Shown piece by piece: positions 39,257 through 50,312 of a DNA stretch of 64,000 nucleotides. This DNA comes from an uncultured delta proteobacterium (GTDB lineage Bacteria; Myxococcota_A; UBA9160; UBA4427), in assembly GCA_963822965.1 (NCBI GenBank), contig CAWGJT010000006.1, forward strand, positions 768,001-832,000. The letters are read 5' to 3'. The number at the start of each line of letters is the position of its first letter. Position 1 is the stretch's first letter. The notes beneath the pieces were generated by a model. It was not told the DNA's origin and did no database searches. It saw only the letters and a list, made by a program, of their open reading frames with translations. A program made the position numbers and the translations under genes.

Positions 39257-40762
39257 ATGATCGAAGCGGTCCGAACCCGGCAGCACGCCGCCCTCCGGCT
39301 CGCCGTCGCCTCGATCCTGACGGCGGCAACGGCCGTCGCCTGCAACTCCACGATCGTCATCCCGAGCCAGGGCGCACGGCTCACCAACGGCAGCCGCGCC
39401 GTCACCCTCGTGAACCTCCACGCGGAGAACCACCGCCTGTCCGCCCTCAACAGCCAGGCGGGCGACCTGATCCCGGTCTGCACCGACGTGACCATCATCG
39501 CCGTCAACAAGAAGCGGCTGACGTTCCGGGTCGACGGCGTGTCGCAGCCCTACGTCTACGACTTCCACAAGGTCGCCGCCGAGCCCTTCGCCCAGCACCT
39601 CGCGCGCTACTTCGGCAGCCGTTGCCCGCGCGACGGGATCGCGCGCATGAGCCCCCTCGACCAGGCCGGCATCGCGGCCGGCAAGCCCTATGTCGGGATG
39701 ACGAAGTCCGCCATCACGATCGCGATGGGCTACCCGCCTCGCCACAAGACCCCGAACCTCACGGCGGCCAGCTGGCGGTACTGGCGAGGCCGGCGAGGCC
39801 TGGCGATCGTGTTCGACGGCGACGGTCGCATGTCCGGCGCAAAGGGGCTGAAGCGCGGCACCTACGAGGCGCCCAAGGAGCTCACCGCCTACGCGAGCAC
39901 GCCGCCGCCTGCCCCGGCCGACCGCCGCGCCAGCCCGGCGCCCGCGTATACGCCGCCGCCCCCCCAGACCGCCGTCCGCCGCGAGCCTCCGCGGCTGGAC
40001 GCCGCCACCGGCAGCGCGCTCTACTCCAAGCGCGTGGCCGTCGTGGTGGGGATCAACCAGTACCAGCACTGGCCCACCCTGTCCGGAGCCGCCAACGACG
40101 GACGCCGCATGGCGCGCTTCCTGCGCGATCAGGGCTGGGACGAGGTGATCGAGGTCTACGACGGCAACGCCACCCGGCGGCGCATGCTCAAGGTGCTGGG
40201 AACGGAGCTTCCCAGCATCGCCGACAGGGACACCCTCGCGATGATCTACTTCGCGGGCCACGGGCAGACGGAGACGCTGCCGAACGGGGGCAAGCGCGGC
40301 TATCTGATTCCTGTGGACGCGGACACGGACGACGTGTTCTCCACCGCCATCTCGATGGACACCGTGCGGGACCTCTCGAAGCGTACCGCCGCCAAGCACG
40401 TCTACTACGCGATCGACGCCTGCTATTCCGGCCTGGCCCTGACCCGGGGCATCACACGACCGGGCAACGCCCCGCCCAACGTCTACCTGCGCAAGATCAC
40501 CAAAATCCCGGCCGTGCAGATCATCACCGCCGGCGCCGACGGCGAGCAGGCGATCGAGGTCGGGGGACAGGGGCTGTTCACCACCTATCTACTGCGCGCG
40601 CTGCAGGGCGAAGCGGACTTCAACCAGGACGGCGCCGTCACGGCCAGCGAGATCGGCGCCTACGTCAAGCCGCAGGTGACCACCGCCTCGCGCAACCAGC
40701 AGACGCCCCAGTTCGGCACCATGGAAGGCGGCGGCGAAATCGTCTTCATGCCGCGGCGCTAG
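39257..40762 (+). CDS. Caspase-family (peptidase C14) lipoprotein
   Basis: Lipobox AVAC; Pro-rich linker; AVVVGINQY, YFAGHG, IDACYSG, GLFTTYLLRALQGEAD. Confidence 0.9.
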   Translation: MIEAVRTRQHAALRLAVASILTAATAVACNSTIVIPSQGARLTNGSRAVTLVNLHAENHRLSALNSQAGDLIPVCTDVTIIAVNKKRLTFRVDGVSQPYVYDFHKVAAEPFAQHLARYFGSRCPRDGIARMSPLDQAGIAAGKPYVGMTKSAITIAMGYPPRHKTPNLTAASWRYWRGRRGLAIVFDGDGRMSGAKGLKRGTYEAPKELTAYASTPPPAPADRRASPAPAYTPPPPQTAVRREPPRLDAATGSALYSKRVAVVVGINQYQHWPTLSGAANDGRRMARFLRDQGWDEVIEVYDGNATRRRMLKVLGTELPSIADRDTLAMIYFAGHGQTETLPNGGKRGYLIPVDADTDDVFSTAISMDTVRDLSKRTAAKHVYYAIDACYSGLALTRGITRPGNAPPNVYLRKITKIPAVQIITAGADGEQAIEVGGQGLFTTYLLRALQGEADFNQDGAVTASEIGAYVKPQVTTASRNQQTPQFGTMEGGGEIVFMPRR

Positions 40763-40804
40763 CGCGACACGCCCGGTCGAAGCCCCATAGGAACCCATCG
40801 AACC

Positions 40805-41215
40805 GTGGCGGACCAACGCGCAGCGCAGCGACACCTCGTCCCGCTCCTGCTCCTCGCGATCGCCGTCGGTGCCTGTGACCGGCCCGGCCCTCCCACGGCC
40901 ACGACCCCCACCGTCCCCGACGCGAGCTCCGCCCCGGCGGTCGACGAGCCGCTCGAAGAGCCTTCCTTCGATCCGAGCCTTCCTCCCGTCGAGGCGGGCC
41001 GCAGCCTGTACCGGCAGCTCGAGTGCGCCGGCTGCCACGAGTCCGCGGCGGTGCCCGGCCTGGTGGTCGTGCCCCTCGTCCAGCTCCGTACGCGCTTCGA
41101 CGAGGCGAGCCTCGCGGCGTTCCTCTCCGCACCCCCTCCCCCGATGCCGAACTTCGAGCTGTCGCCGCCGGAGCGTCGCGCGCTCGCCGCCTTCCTTCTG
41201 CGCCGCTTCGACTGA
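40805..41215 (+). CDS. Monoheme cytochrome c lipoprotein
   Basis: Lipobox VGAC; CAGCH; distal MP.F. Confidence 0.85.
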   Translation: MADQRAAQRHLVPLLLLAIAVGACDRPGPPTATTPTVPDASSAPAVDEPLEEPSFDPSLPPVEAGRSLYRQLECAGCHESAAVPGLVVVPLVQLRTRFDEASLAAFLSAPPPPMPNFELSPPERRALAAFLLRRFD

Positions 41216-41300
41216 GCCGCCTGCGCCGCTTCGACCGGCCCGGTGAGTGATCCGCCCGGCGGAGGGGCCCCCTCCCGAGCCGAGCGGTATCTTCGCCGCC

Positions 41301-41687
41301 ATGTCCGAGCCTCTCCGCAACGAGCGTCCCGCCGTCTGGGTCGGCCACGTGGTCTTGGCGGCCTCCGACGTCGCACGTTCGAACGAGTACTGGAGCGCGT
41401 TGGGCATGCGTCCGATCGCCCGCGGCGACGGCTTCGCCGTGCTGGAGCTGCGGGGCGGAACGCATCTGGTGCTGGTGGCCTCCGACGCGCCGGTTCGTCC
41501 GGAGACCCCCTGCCCCTTCGACCTGATGGTCGAGGACGTCGAGGCGGCTCGGGAGCGCTACGCGGCCCTGGGCTTCGCCCCGAGCGAGATGGAGCGAAGC
41601 GAGATCCACGACTCCTTCACCCTGCTGGACCCGAGTGGCTACCGCGTGACCGTCAACTCGAGCCACGTGTCCGACCTGCCGGTCTGA
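41301..41687 (+). CDS. VOC/glyoxalase family protein
   Basis: VGHVVL, LELRGGTHL, FDLMVEDV, LLDPSGY. Confidence 0.88.
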   Translation: MSEPLRNERPAVWVGHVVLAASDVARSNEYWSALGMRPIARGDGFAVLELRGGTHLVLVASDAPVRPETPCPFDLMVEDVEAARERYAALGFAPSEMERSEIHDSFTLLDPSGYRVTVNSSHVSDLPV

Positions 41688-41780
41688 GGCCCGAGGGCGC
41701 GCGTTGTGCGCAACCCTTGACACAGGGTTCGATCCCTTCAAACTCCCGGCGAACGCTCGTTCTTCACCTGGGGGGGTGAC

Positions 41781-42215
41781 ATGCATCGATCCTTCGCACG
41801 ACTTGCCCTGGCGGCAACCCTTCTCGCGGGCCTCTGGAGTCTCGCGGGATGCTCGATGTCCAACAGCTCGGAGACCCTGTCGGACTCGATCAGCAGCCCG
41901 TTCGATTGGAGCTCGGGCTCCTCGAAGAGCAGCGGCGGCGACTCCGCGTACCGCCAGGACGTGAGCGACTACACCGTGGCGTTCGTCCGCGACGGCGGTG
42001 ATCTCGACGCCTTCCGGACCGGGCTCGGGCGGCTGGCCGAGCAGCGCGGCATCACCAACTGGGAGGCCGACTCGTTCACCTGCGCGAGCATCGGGCTCGG
42101 TCTGCAGCAGGCGCGTCTGGACCGCACGGCGGCCCTGCGCTTCGGGCGGCAGCTGTTCGCGGACAATCCGGCGAGCCTCGAGGCCCTGGACGCCGGATAC
42201 ACGCGGATCCCGTAA
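41781..42215 (+). CDS. Putative lipoprotein with Ser-rich N-terminus
   Basis: Lipobox LAGC; SETLSDSISS; YRQDVSDYT; GITNWEAD..T..SIGLG. Confidence 0.85.
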   Translation: MHRSFARLALAATLLAGLWSLAGCSMSNSSETLSDSISSPFDWSSGSSKSSGGDSAYRQDVSDYTVAFVRDGGDLDAFRTGLGRLAEQRGITNWEADSFTCASIGLGLQQARLDRTAALRFGRQLFADNPASLEALDAGYTRIP

Positions 42216-42232
42216 GCGCCGCGCGGAAGATC

Positions 42233-44241
42233 GTGCCGCGGCGTCGGCTCCGGGGACTGGCCGCGGGTGCCCTCGTGGGGGTGCTCGTGGCCGGCGTCGC
42301 AGCGACCGCGCGTGCAGCGTCGCAGGGCTCCGGCCACCCCGCGACCTTCGACTACGGCCACCCCGCGACCTTCGACTCCGGCCACCCCGCGACCTTCGAC
42401 TCCGGCCACCCCGCGACCTTCGACTCCGGCCACCCCGCGACCTTCGACTACGTCTACACCGAGGCCAACGAAGGGGGTTCGAGCGGGGGGCACGCCGCGA
42501 TCCGCTTCGGCGAGCACACCTACCACTTCCAGAACCGCGACGGGCTGCTCGTCCTCGACCGCGAGCCGACCCGCGACTTCTTCCACGTCTACGCACTCAT
42601 CAACAATCGTACGATCCACCTGAGCCGGGTGGCGGTGAGCGCGCAGGACGCGAGGCGGCTGCGCGAACGCTTCGAGCGCCGCCGACGGATCGAGGCGCGG
42701 CAGCTCGAGGTGCGCGCGGGGCTGCTCGCGGATCGACGCCTGCTCGAGGGCTGGCGGGCCGTGGCGGCGGGCGGCGACGCGGCCGAGGCATCGCCCGAGA
42801 TTCCGGCCCTCGGCTACTTCGCGGATACCCCGAAGGCCCGCGCCGCGCCCGCGGCGGCCGTCGCCGGGCTCCGGCACCGCATCGCGGAGCGCTACGGACG
42901 CCGGTTCCTCGCGAGCCGCCGCCGGGACGCCATCCGGAGGCTCGAGGGGGCGGTCGCCGCCGATCCCGCGGCGTGGATCGTGGTCCCGCCCCGCGACGCC
43001 TACGAGGATCCGCCGTTCAGCCGCTCCTACGCCGGTCGCTACCGGGACGCCGCCACGGAGATCGCCGTGCTCGAGGTGCTGGAGCACAGCGTGCCGCTGG
43101 CGGTCGGATCCTTCATCGAGCCGGCGGGACCGGAGTACTGGCTGGAGGACCGGGAGCGAGACCGCCTGCGCGCCCTGCGCGCCGGGCTCGAGGACCAGCT
43201 CGTCGACCTCGCCGGATCGGCGCGCAGCGACTGGGGTCGCCCGTTCCTGGTGGGGCTCGCCAGGATGCTGGCCCTGGACGCGAGCCTCGACCGCGGCCGT
43301 CTCGTCCTGCTCGACGTGGTGCCCGACGACGCGCGCGCCCTGGCGGCGCGCGTCGTGGCCAGCCGGCTCGACGTCGTCGCGGAGATGGCGCGCGCGGGAC
43401 GGGGACAGGTCGAGGAGGCGCGACGCCTGCTGCTCGAGAGCAAGGGGGTCGACGAGCGCGCCTGGGGACGGCTCGAGGAGGCCGCCAACCGGGTCCACGA
43501 GCTCGACCGCGCCGTGCGCGAGGGACGCGATCTGCGCCTTGCCCGGGGTGTGCTGGTGCCGGGACGCACCCGCCGGCTGGAGATCGCGATTCCGCGAGCC
43601 ACGCGACCTCCGCGTCATCGACCGCGACCTCGCGCGGGTGCGCGAGCGGGAGCGCGCGCTACCAGGCCGCCCTCGAGCAGCTGTACCGCTACCAGCTGGT
43701 CACGCGCAACTGCGTCTCCGAGCTCTTCGAGACCCTGAACGAGGCGCTGGGCGCCGACGCCGCCCGCTCCGAGGTCGCCCTGGGCGGCTACGTGGACGGA
43801 CACAGCGCGTTCACGTTCATCCCCTTCGTCTCGGCGGCGGCGGTGAACACCCGCTACCGCGTGGTCGAGCGCCGCACCCTGCCCTCCCAGCGCGAGATCC
43901 GGCTGGCACAGATGCGGCGGCGGGAGAACGACCTGTGGGTCTCCCTGCGCGAGTCGAACACCCTGACCGCCCGGAGCTACCGGCGCAGCGCGCGGGACTC
44001 GTTCTTCCTGTTCTTCACCGACGACGCGGTCCCGCTGCGACCCGTCTTCGGTGCCCTGAACCTGGCCGCGGCGCTGGGGGAGAGCGTCTGGGGTCTGGTG
44101 CGCCTGCCGATCGATCGCGGCGAAACCCTGGTCTCCGGCCTCGAAGGGGCCCTCACGAGCCTGCCCGAGCTCGCCTTCGGGAACATCCGCAAGGGCTCGA
44201 ACGACTGGGTGCCCCCCCGCGCGCAGTCAGTCGACGACTGA
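42233..44241 (+). CDS. Exported hypothetical protein with H...NC motifs (possible papain-like fold); frameshifts near 43600-43660
   Basis: Signal peptide; YVYTEANEGGSSGGHAAIRF; YQLVTRNCVSEL; ELAFGNIRKG. Confidence 0.75.
42329..42451 (+). repeat. In-frame 24-bp tandem repeat x5, encoding (S/Y)GHPATFD
   Basis: T(C/A)CGGCCACCCCGCGACCTTCGAC repeated five times with no spacers. Confidence 0.95.
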
Positions 44242-46503
44242 CGACGACGAAGCCGAGACGACCGACGACGGGGAAGCTACCGGCCAGTCGAGATAGATCG
44301 GAGACGACCAGGCCCGCTCCTGCACCGGCGCCAGGCAGTCGTCGTCTGGCGCGGTGCGGTAGCCGCCGTGGCATGGCGTCGTGCGGACCGGCTTGCCCTG
44401 GGCGTCGAACTCCGTCCGCAGGTTCGCGCCGTTGATGGCCGGAGACGGTGACTCGAGGGCGCGCACGTAGTAGACCGCGTCGCGGTGCGAGCGCTGGGGT
44501 AGTCGGGATCCTCGAAGGTCGCGCGGCAGCCGGACGGGTCGGGACGCAGGGGAGGCTGCAGCCAGGGATCCTCGATGAGCGACTCCACCGGCTCGCCCGG
44601 AATCGCCTGTGGGCGGATCCGGACGACCTCGATCGCCGCGATCGGACGCCGCTCGTCGCCCGGGTTGTAGCACTCGCCGAGACACAGCTTCGCCAGGCGC
44701 TCGTCCCCCAGCGCCTCGCGGCTCTCTTCGGGACAACCGGGCTGCTGCACGCCGCGAGCCCACCGCGCGCACCTCGAAGCGCGGCACGCTGGCGCTCTCG
44801 ATCTCCGATCCCATGGGCCGGCGGCCGCCCGCCTCGTCCAGCCAGTCGAACCACAGCAGGATGCGGGGCCCGCTGGTGCCGTAGACCTCGCGGCGCAGGA
44901 GGGCGTCCCAGATCGCGTCGCGGCTGCGGCCCTGGCTGTGCAACGCGACCAGGCCGCCGGGGTACATGAAGCTCCCTTCGCGCTCCACGTCGAGCAGGCC
45001 GCGCAGGCCCCGCTCCTGCTCGGGCGCCGGCCGCGCGCGCCCGGCGTCGCCGGGACGGCCCCGGATCCAGGGACGCGTGAGAGCGTTCATAGAACGGTGA
45101 GGCCATGCCCCGGGCGTCGGTCATCCCGTGACGGCCGACCTGCTTGTAGCCCGTGCCGGGGCGCGCGCTGTGGTTGTCGCTCGAGGCGATGTAGCCGAAG
45201 CGGAATCGCAGGGGGCGGCCGTCCGGCCCGGGCTCGTCGAAGCCGGAGACCGCGGCCGCGTACTGCGACGTCTCGCCGGGTCGCAGGTTCATGGCCGGCT
45301 TGAAGCAGTCGCGACACTGGTCGCAGTCGAGCCAGTCCTCGGGCGTGGTGTCGGGCAGCACCAGGTGCGGGCGAGACGCCGGCCGCCATCGCGAGACGCC
45401 GGGCCTCCTCGACGCGCTCCTCGCAGACGTCGGCGGGCAGATCGCCGCAACGCTCGCGCACGATCTCCCCGGCGCGCCAGCAGCAGGCCAGGTAGCCGGC
45501 GGTCGGCGCCGGACAGACGGGCTCCTCGCCCGACCGGCCGTACTCGGGCCACGGCCGGAACTCCTCGGAGTTGCCGTGGCCGGAGTACACCTCGATCAGG
45601 CGCTGGCGCTCCGGATCGTGGGCCGAGCGGGTGAGCTGGTTCGCGATGGTGGCACCCGGGCGGCGCGTGGATGCCCCAGGCGAGGCCGTGCGGGATCACC
45701 AGGGGCTCGAGCCCGCTCTGGGCGAGCTTCTCGAAGAGCACGTCCGGGGTGCTCGCATTCTCCCGGCATTCCGGCGGAAGCGCGCGGGTATCGACACCCG
45801 CCGGACAGTCGGGAATCTCCGTCATCCTCCGGATCCACCACAGGAAGTCCGCGTAGGCACCGCCGACGCGGGGCAGCGCCTCGAGCACCGCCATCATGCC
45901 GACGCCCCGCGCGCGCTTCATGGTGCCGTCCGGAAGCGAGCCGATGACCCGTGCCGGAAGCTCGTCGTCTGCGAGGCCGCGGAAGATCACGTTCTTGTGG
46001 CCGTAGTGGGTCTCGGGCGTGGCCCCGGCCTGGGTCCACTCGTAGCCCACGTAGGCCACGAGGTCGGGATCGGCGGGATCCCCCGCGCGGGCGTTGCACG
46101 CGCGGATGCTCTCGCGCGTCGCCTGCCAGCGCTCCGGGGTCATGGCCTCGGCGTGGTCGTTGATGGAGAAGAAGTCGACCGCGGCGCAGTAGCGCGCGAA
46201 GTCGCAGGCGTCGGCCGGCGGGTGCGCGCCCTCGCCGCCGAAGACCGGCAGCGAGAACACGTAGGCGTCGATCGAGTAGGACGTGTGCACGTGCAGGTCG
46301 CCGAAGAGGATCTCGCGCTCGCCGGGCGCCGAGCGTTCCTGGGCGGCGCGCAGGGCCGCCCGGGACTCGACGCTGCGCGCCGGTCCCACGATGCGGCCCG
46401 AGCCCAGCTCGCGCCCCCCGCAGCCGGCCACTCCGGCCAGGGCCGCGGCCAGAAGCAGCGCCGGGAGCGCCGTCCGAAGGCCGACAAACCGCTCAGGAAA
46501 CAC
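44227..46503 (-). CDS. DUF3604-domain (PHP-like metallohydrolase) lipoprotein, multiple frameshifts
   Basis: Lipobox VAGC; FGDLHVHT, INDHAE, GYEWT, EVYSGHGNSE, SSDNH, REVYGTSGPRI, ERAWSSPI. Confidence 0.85.
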
Positions 46504-46669
46504 TTCGCACCCACCCAGCAAGCCGCCGTCCGACAAGCCGAAACCCCCTCGCACGCGACAGGCCTGCGGACGGCCCGCGAGCGCGCGATCGGGCCCCATC
46601 GTAGCCCCGATGCGTCATTCGGCGCGGTTCCCGCGCGCCGCAGGCCCTGGTCGGGCGGGACCGATCGGG

Positions 46670-47298
46670 TCAGCCGTTGGCTTCGAGGATCTCGGACACC
46701 ACCGAGGGGCGGTCGAAGTCCGCGGCGCCGGCGCTCGCGGCGAGCGGCAGCTCGCCGAGCATCTCGTCGAGACACGCCCGGACGCCCGCGGAGAGCTCGG
46801 CGAAGCGAAGCACCAGTCCCCGGGCGCCGTCGTCGCGGTCCACCCGTCCCTCCACCACCAGGGGCGTCTCGCGGGCGGGTACGTGGATCGCGATGCGAAG
46901 CTCCTGGCCGAGGCTCAGGGCCTCGGTGTGATCCACGCGCATGCCCCGCGAAGAGATGTCGCGACCCACGAGGACCCGCGCGGCCTGGCTGCCGAGCGCG
47001 ATCACGCGGCGCCCGAACGCGCGGCGCGGATCCCGATGGCGCTCCCCCTCCCCGGCCTCGAGAAGACCGGGCACCGGATTCCCGGCGTCGCCCGCCGGGC
47101 CGGTGCCGGCACCACGCGGCGCCGATCCCATGGCGTCGCGACCACCACGGGCGCGTGCGCGTACGCCTCGGCCCCGGTGCCGTGGGGCGACGACTCGTCG
47201 AAGCCGAGGTCCAGCTCCTCGAGCAGCTGTCCCACGTCCGCCAGCTCGCCGTCGTGGACCAGCAGGATGGACGGGACCGCCCTTTCCTCTTCCTCCAT
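46670..47298 (-). CDS. PilZ-domain protein (frameshifted or internally deleted)
   Basis: ERHRDPRR...GRDISSRGM...VEGRVDRDDG..GL.LRF; N-terminal ILLVHDGEL is in another frame. Confidence 0.65.
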
Positions 47299-47467
47299 CG
47301 CCTCACCCGCCCTCCGGGATGCGCGGAGAGCCACCCCCCGCTGGATCGGCAGGATCCGGGATGCCCTATAGGCGCCCCCGAGGCGTCGAGGCAGGGGCTT
47401 CTCGGCCGGAAGCCGTTCGGCACAGCGACACCGGCCGAGCGTGTGGAGCGGGCGATCGGCGACGCGA

Positions 47468-48082
47468 TCAGAAGCGGAAGAGCACCCCGCCGCCGAAGGT
47501 CGCGTAGTCGAAGCGCTTCACGGACCCCGTGGGCAGCATGTAGGCCGCCTCGGCGTAGAGCGCCCAGTGCGGTGTCAGATGGACGTCGAGGCCCGCCGCC
47601 GAGCGGAACGCGAAGTCCTCCCGCGTCTCGTCGTTGGAGTCCGCATCGATGTCCAGGAAGCCGATTCCCGCCATCAGCCACGGCTCGACGCGCCCGAGCG
47701 GCAGCAGCAGCTTGGCATTCGCCGTCACCGCGAACCCGTTCACGTCGTTGTCCACCGAATCGTCGCCTTCGAATCCCGGCAGGACCTCGCCTAGAAACTC
47801 CACGGCCAGGTACGGATCGCCGCGATAGCCGGCGCGGAACAAGATCGAGCCGGAGTCGTCCTGGGAGCCCGGCGTCGAGAAGTTCTGGAGCGCGAAGGCG
47901 CCTCCGACGCCGACGTAGCCGCCGGCCCGGTCGAGCGCGGGCTCCTCGTCGGCGGGCGGCGACGCCTTCGCCACCTCGGAGACGTTCGCTGTCGCCGCGG
48001 GCGCCCCCGCGACGACGAGCACCAGCGACGCCACCAGGACAGGGACCGGTCGCAGCCGAACGACGCATGCGGATCGCAGCAC
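47468..48082 (-). CDS. Outer-membrane beta-barrel (OmpA-like/porin family) protein
   Basis: Signal peptide; GGYVGVG, RAGYR, alternating strands, terminal Phe (GVLFRF). Start uncertain. Confidence 0.82.
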   Translation of the reverse strand: MLRSACVVRLRPVPVLVASLVLVVAGAPAATANVSEVAKASPPADEEPALDRAGGYVGVGGAFALQNFSTPGSQDDSGSILFRAGYRGDPYLAVEFLGEVLPGFEGDDSVDNDVNGFAVTANAKLLLPLGRVEPWLMAGIGFLDIDADSNDETREDFAFRSAAGLDVHLTPHWALYAEAAYMLPTGSVKRFDYATFGGGVLFRF

Positions 48083-48181
48083 CGGGATCCTCCCGTCGGG
48101 TCCGGGTTGGACGATAGCCTGCCGCTCTCTACCTTGCGGCGTCTCCGACCCCGGCGGCTCACGCCGGGAAGAGGTCGCAGC

Positions 48182-49021
48182 GTGAAGCTCGGCGTGACCC
48201 TGAGCGCTCTCCACCCCCACTTCTTCGTCGACGTCGCCCGACGCGCCGATGCCCTGGGCTTCGAATCGGTGTGGCTGCCCGAGCACCTCGTGTTCCCCAC
48301 CGAGATGGGCGGATCGCCGTTCCCCGGCGAGGACCATCCACCCGTGCCCCCGAGCACCCCGGTCTTCGACTCCTTCGCGTATCTCTCCTTCCTCGCGGGC
48401 CTCACCCGGAAGATCCGGCTCGGAACGAACGTCTACCTGCTCGGTCTGCGACATCCCTTCGCGGCGGCGCGCGCCGTCCAGACCCTCGACATCGTCTCCG
48501 GCGGCCGCGCCGAGGTGGGCATCGGCGCCGGCTGGCTGCGGGAGGAGTGGACCGCGGCGGGCCTCGACCCCGCCACCCGGGGCCGGCGGCTCGACGAGGC
48601 CCTCGCGCTCTGCAAACGCCTGTGGAGCGAGCCGGTCGTCGCACACGAGGGCCGGTTCTACCGCTTCGGTCCGGTGATGTTCGAGCCCAAGCCGGTCCAG
48701 CGTCCGCATCCGCCCATCCATTGCGGGGGCGAGTCCGACGCGGCGCTTCGGCGCGCGGCGCGAGCCTGCGACGGCTGGCTCGGGCTGCACCACACCCTCG
48801 AGTCGGTGCAGGCGCCCGTCGAGCGGCTGCGCGCCCTGCTGCGCGAGCACGGGCGCGAGAACGACGCCTTCCAGCTGACCGTGAGAGCCACCGTCGCCAG
48901 CCGGGACGAGCTCGCGCGCTGGGAGGACCTGGGCGTCACGCGCATCATCACGTCGCCCTGGCGACGCTCCCGAGAAGCCGTGGACGAGCTCGAGCGCCTC
49001 GCGGAGCGACTCTTCGACTGA
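48182..49021 (+). CDS. LLM-class (F420/FMN-dependent) oxidoreductase
   Basis: GFESVWLPEHL, IRLGTNV, LDIVSGGR, GIGAGW, PKPVQ.PHPPI, DGW. Confidence 0.92.
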   Translation: MKLGVTLSALHPHFFVDVARRADALGFESVWLPEHLVFPTEMGGSPFPGEDHPPVPPSTPVFDSFAYLSFLAGLTRKIRLGTNVYLLGLRHPFAAARAVQTLDIVSGGRAEVGIGAGWLREEWTAAGLDPATRGRRLDEALALCKRLWSEPVVAHEGRFYRFGPVMFEPKPVQRPHPPIHCGGESDAALRRAARACDGWLGLHHTLESVQAPVERLRALLREHGRENDAFQLTVRATVASRDELARWEDLGVTRIITSPWRRSREAVDELERLAERLFD

Positions 49022-49036
49022 GCGGCCGAAGCGCGC

Positions 49037-49891
49037 TCAGAATGGTCGATCGCCGACGACGGTCACGCGCTCCATCAGGCGTCGGGCGGGCCAGTAGTCC
49101 GAGACCGGATAGTGCTGGCTCGCGCGGTTGTCCCAGAAGGCGATCGAGCCCGGGCGCCAGCGGAAGCGCACCTGGAGCTCGGGCACGCGGGCCTGGGCGT
49201 AGAGGAGGCGCAGCAGGTCGCGGCTCTCGTCCGCCTTCATGCCCTCGATCTCGCGGGTGAAGGCGGCGTTCACGTAGAGCGCCTTCTCGCCCGTCTCGGG
49301 ATGGGTGCGCACCACCGGGTGCCGCGCGGCCGGGTACTTCTGCTGCATCGCCGCGAGCTCGGCGGGCGCCATCCGCCGGCCGAAGCTGTGGGTGAAGTCG
49401 TGGATCGCGAAGAGACCGTCGATGCGCCTCCGGATCTCGTCCGGCAGGCCCTCGAAGGCCGCGACCATGTCGGCCCACAGGGTGTCCCCCCCGACCTCCG
49501 GCACCTGCACCGCCTTCAGGATCGAGCCGAGGGAGGGCTCGACCCGCCAGGTCACGTCGCTGTGCCAGACGTTGATTCGGCTGCGGTTCTCCGGCCCGTT
49601 GGCCAGCAGGATGATCTCTGGATGGCCCGGCTTGTTGGGTGTGAACGGATGGATCTCGAGCGTTCCGAAGCGCCGCCCGAAGGCCACGTGCTCGGCGGAG
49701 GAGATGGGCTGGTCGCGGAAGAAGATCACGCGATGGGCGAGCAGCGCCCCACGGATGGCGGCGACCGTATCGTCGGAGAGTGGCCGCGAGAGATCGACGC
49801 CGCCGACCTCCGCACCGATCCCCGGCGTCAGGCGCTCGATCACGAGCGGGCTCTCGGCGAGACGGGACGCGGACCGCTCCGGCTGGGCCAT
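49037..49891 (-). CDS. TauD/TfdA family alpha-ketoglutarate dioxygenase
   Basis: IGAEVGGVDL, WHSDVT, GGDTLWA, HPVVRTHPETG, WDNRASQH. Confidence 0.95.
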   Translation of the reverse strand: MAQPERSASRLAESPLVIERLTPGIGAEVGGVDLSRPLSDDTVAAIRGALLAHRVIFFRDQPISSAEHVAFGRRFGTLEIHPFTPNKPGHPEIILLANGPENRSRINVWHSDVTWRVEPSLGSILKAVQVPEVGGDTLWADMVAAFEGLPDEIRRRIDGLFAIHDFTHSFGRRMAPAELAAMQQKYPAARHPVVRTHPETGEKALYVNAAFTREIEGMKADESRDLLRLLYAQARVPELQVRFRWRPGSIAFWDNRASQHYPVSDYWPARRLMERVTVVGDRPF

Positions 49892-49991
49892 TCGAATCTC
49901 CTCGAGAAGGGGAGCGCGAAGGTAGCCGAGGATCCGGCGGATTCGTGCGCGCGGTCGTGTGCGCGGAGGGGTCGAGGCCGCGGGGAGGGGA

Positions 49992-50312
49992 TCAGTCCCC
50001 GCAGACGTAGACGGCGAACTCGCGCTCCCCGGGAGCCGGGGACGGCAGCGGGGTCACCACGTTGCCCCCCATCCCGGCGCCCTCGTTCCGCGCCAGGGTG
50101 GTGAGCTCTTTCTCGACCGCGCCCTTCGGGCGCGGCACGAACCAGACCTTGGGCAGAACCGAGGCCTTCGTGTTGCCGAGCCGCTCGCAGTCACTCACCT
50201 CGTAGCTCGAGAAGACGCGCACGTCGTCACCCGCATCGGTGACGGAGACCCAGGCGCAACCTGGGAGCAGGAGCCAGCCGATCAGCAGACAGCCCAACAG
50301 CATTCTTCGCAT
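49992..50312 (-). CDS. DUF4156-like lipoprotein
   Basis: Lipobox LPGC; CERLG, ARNEGAGMGGNVV, VYVC. Confidence 0.82.
   Translation of the reverse strand: MRRMLLGCLLIGWLLLPGCAWVSVTDAGDDVRVFSSYEVSDCERLGNTKASVLPKVWFVPRPKGAVEKELTTLARNEGAGMGGNVVTPLPSPAPGEREFAVYVCGD

Noticed and set aside
41198..41235. 15-bp direct repeat CTGCGCCGCTTCGAC at the cytochrome c stop
   Set aside because: Only 8 bp apart and no element between them; likely a local duplication.
41724..41737. tRNA-like T-arm GGGTTCGATCCC
   Set aside because: No acceptor, D or anticodon arms could be built around it; it lies in a likely promoter.
42329..42451. Possible CRISPR array
   Set aside because: Units are contiguous with no spacers, in frame inside a CDS, and there are no cas genes.
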